Below, piece by piece: positions 1-6,498 of a stretch of DNA of 28,139 nucleotides. The notes below the pieces were generated by a model. That model did no database searches and had not been told where the DNA came from. It was given only the letters and a program-made list of their open reading frames with translations. Position numbers and translations under genes: made by a program. This DNA comes from a virus. Lineage: Duplodnaviria; Caudoviricetes. The stretch lies in the IMG/VR virus record IMGVR_UViG_3300013004_002837, positions 1-28,139 of that record. One strand, written 5' to 3'. The first letter of the stretch is position 1; the number at the start of each line of letters is the position of its first letter.

Positions 1-234
1 TTATTAGAAACAATAGAGCAATTCCCTCCGAATTTAGATGATATTATTGGTAAAAAGGGTTTATTCATTAGAAAAGAAAAAGAATATTGGATAGGGGAGG
101 TAAAGGCTCAACATCAAGCCCAAAATGTATGGCATACAACAAAAGCAAAATCTATAGAAGAGCTTATAGCGAGCATTGCTAAACAAATAGAGGATAGTAG
201 AATAGAAAATTTTTATCCAGACTTAGGTGATTGA
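1..234 (+). CDS. 3' end of a hypothetical protein (truncated by window start)
   Basis: Frame 1 is open from base 1 (LLETIEQFPPNLDD...FYPDLGD) to TGA 232-234, 3 nt before the next ATG. Confidence 0.7.
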   Translation, partial: LLETIEQFPPNLDDIIGKKGLFIRKEKEYWIGEVKAQHQAQNVWHTTKAKSIEELIASIAKQIEDSRIENFYPDLGD

Positions 235-237
235 ACC

Positions 238-927
238 ATGCATAAGTTCATTTCTATAGGGGGGTGGTGTGGTACTACAATCAGTTTGAGAGGTAATAAC
301 TTATACGAACAAGCACTTCCTTTTGATAATATTAGATCAACTTTTGCTGGTATAATAGATTGTTTCGAAACTAATTTTCAAAATTTTTTTCCTAAAAAAT
401 TAGAAGTAGATATAATAGAAAATTACTCATATTCAGGGTTGAGTTTTAGAGGAAAATATTTTGGGTTTTATCATCATAATTTATTAGATCCAAAAATAAT
501 CAATGATTTTTATCGTAGAATTGAAAGATTAAATAATATATTAAATAATCAAACAACTAACACAATATTTATAAGAACAATAACCAAACAAGATTATGAA
601 GAAGAAACCCTATTGATAGATAAATTTTTAAATATTATAGATATAAAATATCCTAATCTTAATTATATCGTTGTATTTATAGTGCCTGGACAAAATAATT
701 CTATTTATTATAGACATATAAATCATAGAACTTTTATTTTTACTCTAAATGATAATTCTTGTAAGAATGAAAATTTACCTATGGAATATAAACCAATTTA
801 TGATTTTATACTAACAGAAGATTTATTTAAAAATATTCCTAAGTCTAATAATGATATTCTTATTCAAAAAAATAATAATAGATATGTTTCTTTTTCGGGT
901 GTTGATACTTTTAGGCTAGATAATTAA
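238..927 (+). CDS. Putative papain-like cysteine peptidase (DUF1796-like)
   Basis: N-terminal ISIGGWC, then PFD and a FYHH motif, matching the SxGxxC / PFD / FxH pattern of this family. Confidence 0.6.
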   Translation: MHKFISIGGWCGTTISLRGNNLYEQALPFDNIRSTFAGIIDCFETNFQNFFPKKLEVDIIENYSYSGLSFRGKYFGFYHHNLLDPKIINDFYRRIERLNNILNNQTTNTIFIRTITKQDYEEETLLIDKFLNIIDIKYPNLNYIVVFIVPGQNNSIYYRHINHRTFIFTLNDNSCKNENLPMEYKPIYDFILTEDLFKNIPKSNNDILIQKNNNRYVSFSGVDTFRLDN

Positions 928-979
928 AAAATAAAAACTTGTATTTGTGTTGGGTCCAAACGAGATTAAAGAAATGGTG

Positions 980-1008
980 TTGACAAGTCGATAACACTGG
1001 TGTAGAAT
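980..1008 (+). promoter_or_regulatory. Sigma70-type promoter with CGAT in the spacer
   Basis: TTGACA 980-985, 17-nt spacer AGTCGATAACACTGGTG, TAGAAT 1003-1008; intergenic. Confidence 0.8.
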
Positions 1009-1046
1009 CGATAGCGTTGGTATACAAAAAACTTTGGAGAACACAG

Positions 1047-1742
1047 ATGGAAGCGGTCGAAGAAAAGATTAAGAAAACAAATTATTGCAGGAGTAAGGCC
1101 GATGAATTTTTTGCAAACTTTCCTAGAGAAAAGGTTGTCTCATACAAAGAATACTGGGAAAGTGTACGACCACAGAATACCGCTGATATTTTTAGGCGTT
1201 ATCTCTTTGCTTACTGTTCTGTTCATACTACTTGGAAAGGTAACTGTTCTGGCTATCAAGCCATTAAAGACTTTGATCAATGGATAGATGATCAAGAAAT
1301 CTTAAAAGATAAGTTGGCTAATTCTGGAGTTGGTCTACATAATAATCGTACCAAATATATCTGGAATTTTAGTCAGCAATTTTGGTCTAATCCAAAAGAC
1401 TTCTATCTCACAACAAAAAAATACCATGTCAAGAAGCGTGATGAAATTGTAAATCGCATTATGGGTCTTGGTATGGCTAAAGTTAGTTTCGCTTTGGAGA
1501 TGATTCATCCTAATGAGTGTAGAGTATTGTGCGGTGATGTACATCAACTCAGACTGTACAATATGGAGCATCTCACCTATAATAAAAGCAGAGAGGGTAC
1601 TAGAAAATATAAGCAAATGGAGCAACACTGGAGTGTCAACTGCGGCAAACTCAAGGTTCCTTCATATATTGCTAGATCTATTTACTGGGATGCTCTTCAA
1701 AATAAACAAGATAGTAGGTACTGGAGCTATGTATTAGAATGA
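1047..1742 (+). CDS. HhH-GPD superfamily DNA glycosylase/AP lyase-like protein
   Basis: GLGMAKVSFAL helix-hairpin-helix followed by LCGDVH (catalytic Asp position); GGAGA RBS before ATG 1047, preferred over TTG 1017. Confidence 0.7.
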   Translation: MEAVEEKIKKTNYCRSKADEFFANFPREKVVSYKEYWESVRPQNTADIFRRYLFAYCSVHTTWKGNCSGYQAIKDFDQWIDDQEILKDKLANSGVGLHNNRTKYIWNFSQQFWSNPKDFYLTTKKYHVKKRDEIVNRIMGLGMAKVSFALEMIHPNECRVLCGDVHQLRLYNMEHLTYNKSREGTRKYKQMEQHWSVNCGKLKVPSYIARSIYWDALQNKQDSRYWSYVLE

Positions 1743-1942
1743 ACCCAATGAGATTTAATAGAGTAGGTATTATAGAAAATGGAGATATCGTAGAACGTGG
1801 ATATTTAAATAAAATGATGCCACAATCAGATATGTCGTATCTATATGAAATATATGGAGATTCTGGTAAATTATATATTGTGACAGAAGATAAGTTCATG
1901 TATATTTCTGAGGAAGAAGATGAGTCAGAACGGCAAGGGTAG
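1739..1942 (+). CDS. Hypothetical protein
   Basis: 67 aa ORF, ATGA overlap with the upstream stop. Confidence 0.6.
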   Translation: MNPMRFNRVGIIENGDIVERGYLNKMMPQSDMSYLYEIYGDSGKLYIVTEDKFMYISEEEDESERQG

Positions 1943-2039
1943 CAGTCCTAGACCAAAGTCTGTGGATCAAAAAACTTGGGAAAAAAATTACGAAAGAATT
2001 TTTAAACATGGGAAGCGTTACAAATCTAAAGGAAAATAA
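1920..2039 (+). CDS. Small basic phage protein (39 aa, absent from ORF track)
   Basis: MSQNGKGSSPRPKSVDQKTWEKNYERIFKHGKRYKSKGK, preceded by GAGGA; the GKGSxPRP...NYxRIF pattern resembles small proteins I recall from large phages. Confidence 0.6.
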   Translation: MSQNGKGSSPRPKSVDQKTWEKNYERIFKHGKRYKSKGK

Positions 2040-2304
2040 AACATTTTTCTCTCTTTGTAATTGTGGTAGTGAAATTTTAATGATTGAGTATGATCATGAT
2101 TTAAATATGGCAGATTTAGCGATATATGAAACAAGTGTTTCTCATAGATCAAAGATGTCATTATGGCAGAGATTTAGATATTGTTGGCAGGTTGTTTTTC
2201 ATAAAAAGCCTTATGCTGATCAGATAATGTTAGATAATAAACAACTAAAAGAACTAAAATCTTTCCTATCTACTTTGGACTTAAACTCTAAAATAGGTGT
2301 ATAA
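2008..2304 (+). CDS. Hypothetical protein
   Basis: 98 aa ORF with CNC motif, in a tightly packed run. Confidence 0.65.
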   Translation: MGSVTNLKENKTFFSLCNCGSEILMIEYDHDLNMADLAIYETSVSHRSKMSLWQRFRYCWQVVFHKKPYADQIMLDNKQLKELKSFLSTLDLNSKIGV

Positions 2305-2305
2305 T
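2276..2305 (+). promoter_or_regulatory. Possible promoter (GGTG-TATAAT)
   Basis: TGGACT 2276-2281, 18 nt, TATAAT 2300-2305; upstream of AAGGAG RBS and ATG 2343. Confidence 0.5.
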
Positions 2306-2342
2306 ATTTCATTAACTTTTACTTCTACAAAAGGAGTCAATC

Positions 2343-2555
2343 ATGGTTGTCAAGCATTTACAAGAATATATGACGGATAACTTGATTGATAGAATTCAAA
2401 AACTACAAGATGCTTTATTCCAAGCAGAGAATATTATGTCTCTTCTAGAAAAAGAAAATGAAAGATTAAGATACGCTCTTGATAGCCTAGCGTCTGATAA
2501 TGAAGGCTATATACTCGACAGTGAGGCTTTTAATGAGCCAGTGTGTTCGACATAA
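2343..2555 (+). CDS. Hypothetical coiled-coil protein
   Basis: AAGGAG RBS; Leu heptads. Confidence 0.7.
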   Translation: MVVKHLQEYMTDNLIDRIQKLQDALFQAENIMSLLEKENERLRYALDSLASDNEGYILDSEAFNEPVCST

Positions 2556-2796
2556 AGACAAAAATACTAGAATTATTACACAAATTGGCGAAAAAGAATA
2601 TTTGATCGAAGCAAAAAGTTCTTGGGCTAAGTTTGGATGTCAATTTGATCCATCAGTTATAACATCTGCTAAATTAGAAAGCGGTCCCTATCTGATAGTG
2701 AACGATTCTTTTTTGGGTGAAGGTAAAATAGCGTCTATACAAAATATTGATAGTGGACAAGAAGATCATATCATATTAAAAATTACACTGTATTAA
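2533..2796 (+). CDS. Hypothetical protein
   Basis: In-frame ATG 2533 after GAGG, within ORF 2500-2796. Confidence 0.6.
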   Translation: MSQCVRHKDKNTRIITQIGEKEYLIEAKSSWAKFGCQFDPSVITSAKLESGPYLIVNDSFLGEGKIASIQNIDSGQEDHIILKITLY

Positions 2797-2813
2797 AAAA
2801 CAATAAATAACTT

Positions 2814-2999
2814 ATGAGTAATCTACATAAAAGTAAAAATAGTAAAGTTTTATTCGGTGTTTGTGGAGGACTAGCAGAAACCTGGGGTTTAGACCCGTCT
2901 ATAGTTAGGATTGGCTTTTTGCTTGGGGCAATATTTACAGGAAGCATCCTTTTGTGGATATATCTTGCATTAGCACTAGTTTTGCCATCTGAGAACTAA
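2814..2999 (+). CDS. pspC: PspC domain membrane protein
   Basis: LHKSKNSKVLFGVCGGLAETWGLDPSIVRI plus TM segment ending YLALALVLP, the typical PspC signature. Confidence 0.88.
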   Translation: MSNLHKSKNSKVLFGVCGGLAETWGLDPSIVRIGFLLGAIFTGSILLWIYLALALVLPSEN

Positions 3000-3036
3000 A
3001 TTTCTCCTAGAGCGAAAAATTTTTCAAGGCAACCCA

Positions 3037-3065
3037 TTGACAGTGCCGATACAGTCTTGTAGAAT
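3037..3065 (+). promoter_or_regulatory. Sigma70-type promoter with GCCGAT in the spacer
   Basis: TTGACA 3037-3042, 17-nt spacer GTGCCGATACAGTCTTG, TAGAAT 3060-3065; A/T tract upstream. Confidence 0.85.
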
Positions 3066-3072
3066 AAGGAAG

Positions 3073-3116
3073 TCAGCGAGAGGTTGAATCAGTCGAGTGA
3101 CTGAGCCTGTTGCTGA
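3073..3116 (+). promoter_or_regulatory. 5' leader stem-loop
   Basis: TCAGCGA/TTGCTGA, AGGT/GCCT and TCAGTC-GAGT-GACTGA nested pairings starting near the predicted transcription start. Confidence 0.55.
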
Positions 3117-3144
3117 GAGTTGGTTAAGAATTTGGAGGTTGATT

Positions 3145-3429
3145 ATGGCTGAAGTTACTACTGGTGAGAAGCAGACCCGTGTTCGTTGCAGTGATGATGC
3201 GTTCCTTGAAGCAGTTTTTTCTAGCAAGACTTATGCTGAGATTGCTAGTAAGACTGGTCAGAAGGTCGCTAGTACGATGGCTCGTTATGCTCGTACAAAG
3301 GCCGCTCTGGCTAAGAAGGGTATTGATCTTCCGGCTATGGAACGTGCCAAGCCGATTAAGACGGTTGATAATGTTGAGGCTATGGCTGAAACAGTTCGCC
3401 GTCTCAAGGCCGCTCATCTGAACGGCTGA
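3145..3429 (+). CDS. Small basic protein, possible HTH DNA-binding protein
   Basis: GGAGGT RBS; KTYAEIASKTGQKVAST is HTH-like; codons biased to CGT/GCT/AAG, no TTA. Confidence 0.7.
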   Translation: MAEVTTGEKQTRVRCSDDAFLEAVFSSKTYAEIASKTGQKVASTMARYARTKAALAKKGIDLPAMERAKPIKTVDNVEAMAETVRRLKAAHLNG

Positions 3430-3442
3430 TTTAAAACCCATC

Positions 3443-3524
3443 TATCCCTGCTATTCAAACTAAACTATGAGGCTACAACATTCAATAATCAACCTCAAGT
3501 CACTAGTTTGGATAGTCAGGGGTA
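3443..3524 (+). ncRNA. Long imperfect hairpin immediately upstream of the tRNA
   Basis: TATCCCTGCTATTCAAACTA pairs with TAGTTTGGATAGTCAGGGGTA (one bulge, G-U pairs); inner TGAGG/CCTCA stem. Confidence 0.5.
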
Positions 3525-3528
3525 ACGA

Positions 3529-3601
3529 GGGAGCGTAGACCAACGGCAGAGTCAAAGGACTTAAAATCCTTCAAGTGTGGGTTCGAGTCCCACCGCTCCT
3601 A
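3529..3601 (+). tRNA. tRNA-Leu (anticodon TAA), short variable loop, no encoded CCA
   Basis: Acceptor GGGAGCG/CGCTCCT, discriminator A; D stem GAC/GTC; anticodon arm AAGGA-CTTAAAA-TCCTT; T arm GTGGG-TTCGAGT-CCCAC. Confidence 0.93.
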
Positions 3602-3630
3602 CTTAATCCTTTAATAATGAGTTTACTCTT

Positions 3631-3828
3631 ATGACATTTGATGAATGGTTACATGAAGATAATGGTTTCGGACCAAGAATAGACAGAATGTTAGACGATG
3701 TAAAAGTTGCTGTTGAACAAGAGCGAACTGATGATATAATAAAATGGCTTTTGGCTGCTTATGCTATGGGTCATGAAGAAGGGTATGATTCTGGTTACTA
3801 TGATGGTTCAGATAGATCTGATTTTTAA
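3631..3828 (+). CDS. Hypothetical protein
   Basis: 65 aa ORF with a G-Y-x-x-G repeat-like C-terminus. Confidence 0.65.
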   Translation: MTFDEWLHEDNGFGPRIDRMLDDVKVAVEQERTDDIIKWLLAAYAMGHEEGYDSGYYDGSDRSDF

Positions 3829-3842
3829 ACAGAAAGGATGTT

Positions 3843-4058
3843 ATGACAAAAAATGCTCTGGAAGCCTTTAAGATTGGAAGCAAGGTAAAACTCGCAGAGG
3901 ATGTTTATGGAACAATTACCGCTATCTGTATTAGAGGGAATAATCATGTCACCTATGAATGTAGTTGGTGGAATAGTCGTTCCCATGATAGTAAGTGGTT
4001 TCACGAAAACGAGATTGAGGTTACTCTTAGCGAAAAGACCCGAATAGGATTTGCTTAA
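3843..4058 (+). CDS. Small beta-rich protein (weakly YodC/DUF2158-like)
   Basis: AAGGA RBS; FKIGSKVKL...YECSWW pattern. Confidence 0.6.
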   Translation: MTKNALEAFKIGSKVKLAEDVYGTITAICIRGNNHVTYECSWWNSRSHDSKWFHENEIEVTLSEKTRIGFA

Positions 4059-4059
4059 T

Positions 4060-4293
4060 ATGAATGAGTATTTTGGTATTGGAAAAGCTAAACAAGGTTC
4101 TGAATATATTCCTAGACCGGGCGAAGTATTTCTATACGAAAAAGATCCCGTACAACAAATATGGGATACTAGAATTGGAGACGGTAAAACTCCAGCTAAA
4201 GACTTGCTACCATTAGCAAGTAGAGATATTTATGAGAGAGTTAAAATTCTAGAAGAAAAAATAGCAAAACTTGAAAATGACCGAAGAGTATGA
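4060..4293 (+). CDS. Hypothetical protein with a tail-fibre N-terminal-like motif
   Basis: PRPGEV...RIGDGKT...DL followed by a short coiled coil. Confidence 0.55.
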   Translation: MNEYFGIGKAKQGSEYIPRPGEVFLYEKDPVQQIWDTRIGDGKTPAKDLLPLASRDIYERVKILEEKIAKLENDRRV

Positions 4294-4495
4294 AAACTGG
4301 GAAGATTGTATAAGAAGAACTTTTATAGAATTAGCAAGTCATATGGATAAAAATTCTGATCCGATTGAAACTATAATTGATTTTGCTTGGGCGGCTGGTG
4401 CAGATATGGTTTGGGTTAATAATGCCAAAGATGAACTTAAAAAACTTCGTGAAGAAGTTGTAAAAGCAAAAGAGGTGCTAAATGACAGAGTATGA
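4277..4495 (+). CDS. Hypothetical protein
   Basis: ORF overlapping both neighbours in an operon-like run. Confidence 0.6.
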   Translation: MTEEYENWEDCIRRTFIELASHMDKNSDPIETIIDFAWAAGADMVWVNNAKDELKKLREEVVKAKEVLNDRV

Positions 4496-4685
4496 AAGAA
4501 ACCTAATACAGAATCAAATAGACGCTCTAAAACAGAAAATTAAGAGTTACGAACAGTCTTTAGGAGAACCTGTTGCTTGGGCTAAAATTAATGATCGGGG
4601 AGACTTATACGATCTTAGGTTGCAGAATAATCCCTATGGTGATCAAAATAAAGTTGTTCCTCTATTTAGGATTAAAAATGACTAA
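4482..4685 (+). CDS. Hypothetical protein
   Basis: GAGGT RBS; coiled coil then EPVAW motif. Confidence 0.65.
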   Translation: MTEYERNLIQNQIDALKQKIKSYEQSLGEPVAWAKINDRGDLYDLRLQNNPYGDQNKVVPLFRIKND

Positions 4686-4995
4686 TACTCTTTGTAATGG
4701 ACTAGTAAAAAATAATAACCCTAAATCTCCTATAGAATATTTTGAATTAGTAACAGTAAGAGAATTTCCAGACTATGAAGGCGGTACATTTATAGATCAA
4801 ATTAAAACCGCTGAACAATTCTTAAATACAGAAGAAGAGGCTCTTGATGAGCCATTCTATCAAATATATGGCAAAAGGTATGAATATGATGATAGGTATT
4901 CGCCTATCTTTTTAGGAGAGTTCTATTCCTTAGATAAAGCCAAAGAATTTTTGTATAACATTACTGGGGAAATTCCTCAAATAATATCATATTAA
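4678..4995 (+). CDS. Hypothetical protein
   Basis: ATG 4678 after AGGA, in frame with ORF 4573-4995. Confidence 0.65.
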   Translation: MTNTLCNGLVKNNNPKSPIEYFELVTVREFPDYEGGTFIDQIKTAEQFLNTEEEALDEPFYQIYGKRYEYDDRYSPIFLGEFYSLDKAKEFLYNITGEIPQIISY

Positions 4996-4997
4996 TC

Positions 4998-5525
4998 ATG
5001 GATAATCTGTTAATAGACATATCTAAAGACTACCATGAGGGAGGATATTGTAATGTAGCTAATCTAGTTGGCTATGACAACATAGTATTCAAGCAATTCT
5101 GCTCAAAAAAGAAAGCCAAAGAAGCATTAGAATACCAAAAAATATTAGCTCAATATGACTTTGCTCCAAATGTATATGGGGAAATTTGTAAATTAGATTA
5201 TTCTCCGGTTTCGTGGTTATCTTTCACCAACGAAAAAAGCTCATGGGGATTTATTACAGAAAAAGCTTTACCAGTTAATCATACCAAAAAAACTATGATA
5301 CTACTACAGGATTTAGTAGAGAATATAGCAACAAAGACTAAGTTAAAGTTTTGGGATTGCCACTGGTATAATATTGGCTTTGTTAGAAGAGGCAGACATA
5401 AAAAATTGGTATGTATAGACACTGGCAAAGAAAGTTTTAACGGTTATAGTAATGCGTGGGGCAATCCTGACCCCGGTCCAAAATGTTCATATTGTAATAC
5501 CTACGAATGTAAATGTGAGGAATAA
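4998..5525 (+). CDS. Minimal protein kinase-like fold protein
   Basis: EGGYCNV (Gly loop), VFK (ATP Lys), DCHWYNIG (catalytic DxHxxN), CIDTG (DFG-like); C-terminal CxxC...CxC. Confidence 0.65.
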   Translation: MDNLLIDISKDYHEGGYCNVANLVGYDNIVFKQFCSKKKAKEALEYQKILAQYDFAPNVYGEICKLDYSPVSWLSFTNEKSSWGFITEKALPVNHTKKTMILLQDLVENIATKTKLKFWDCHWYNIGFVRRGRHKKLVCIDTGKESFNGYSNAWGNPDPGPKCSYCNTYECKCEE

Positions 5526-5529
5526 ATTT

Positions 5530-5874
5530 ATGCCATATATTAAAGAAGAAAATAGGTCAGATTTAGACGGCTGTATAGAACACATGATGGAATGTCTAAG
5601 AGGTAATGTTAGTCCTAATACAGATAATCCCCATTCTAATCCATATAAAGAAAAATTGACAAATGAAGAATTTTTGAGTATAGTTGGAGACATAAATTAT
5701 GCTTTTTCACGCATTATTTCGGGTGTTATGGGAGATGTTTCATACTCTAAAATTGCTATGATTACTGGTGTATTAGAGAATATAAAGCAAGAATTTTATC
5801 GTAGAGTAGCATCAAGCTATGAAGATAAAAAGATTGTTGAAAATGGAGATATCAAAGAATACAAAAAATTATAA
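5530..5874 (+). CDS. Conserved phage protein (DUF6899-like by recall)
   Basis: GAGG RBS; MPYIK...GDINY...GVLENIKQEFYRR...YEDKKIVENGD pattern. Confidence 0.7.
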   Translation: MPYIKEENRSDLDGCIEHMMECLRGNVSPNTDNPHSNPYKEKLTNEEFLSIVGDINYAFSRIISGVMGDVSYSKIAMITGVLENIKQEFYRRVASSYEDKKIVENGDIKEYKKL

Positions 5875-5886
5875 TGGGTACAATGG

Positions 5887-6186
5887 ATGTCAAAAGATTT
5901 TGATAATATTCTAAAGCAAATCGCAAAATCCAATCAAGAAATTCATAGAGTAGACAGTCATCTATCAAAAGATATTGGAGATATCAAAAGAGCAATAAAA
6001 AGTTTAGACGCTAAAATGAGTCTATTGATAGAAAAGATTCAACAACTAGAAGTTATCATGGATGCTGCCGAAATACTAGAAGAATATCAGGATGAAGAAC
6101 AAGAAAAATATAATACAGAATGGAGTCCTTACGACGAAGATTACGAGCCGGAAGAATATGATAATTATGACTCGGATGATGAATAA
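5887..6186 (+). CDS. Coiled-coil protein with acidic tail
   Basis: 99 aa; heptads; D/E/Y-rich C-terminus. Confidence 0.7.
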   Translation: MSKDFDNILKQIAKSNQEIHRVDSHLSKDIGDIKRAIKSLDAKMSLLIEKIQQLEVIMDAAEILEEYQDEEQEKYNTEWSPYDEDYEPEEYDNYDSDDE

Positions 6187-6419
6187 TGGCTAGTTTAGCT
6201 TTATTAGTATCTATCATTCTGATATTTATTATTTTGATTGGTCCGATAACAATTATACTAGCAAAAATAAAATTTCCAAAAATTATAGTTTATATATTAT
6301 CTACTATATCTTTTATTTCGGGTATCTGGTTTTGTTCAATAGGAATTCCGGTATGGTATATAGGATTAATACCCATCTATTGTGGCTATGTTGCCATAAC
6401 GACAGTTGAGAAAAAATAA
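6186..6419 (+). CDS. Small membrane protein
   Basis: 77 aa, 2-3 hydrophobic segments; TAATG coupling with upstream stop. Confidence 0.7.
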   Translation: MASLALLVSIILIFIILIGPITIILAKIKFPKIIVYILSTISFISGIWFCSIGIPVWYIGLIPIYCGYVAITTVEKK

Positions 6420-6426
6420 TTAAGGC

Positions 6427-6455
6427 TTGACAGCACTGATTGCCGATGTTATAAT
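6427..6455 (+). promoter_or_regulatory. Consensus sigma70 promoter of rIIA with GCCGAT in the spacer
   Basis: TTGACA 6427-6432, 17-nt spacer GCACTGATTGCCGATGT (ends TGn), TATAAT 6450-6455. Confidence 0.9.
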
Positions 6456-6498
6456 ACGAACATCACAGGTTCGATAACGACACTTTTGGAGAAGAATA

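Noticed and set aside
3560-3566. tRNA as an ochre suppressor or sign of genetic-code reassignment
   Set aside because: The centred anticodon is TAA (reads UUA, Leu), not TTA; recognisable genes are intact in code 11 and end in TAA, TAG and TGA
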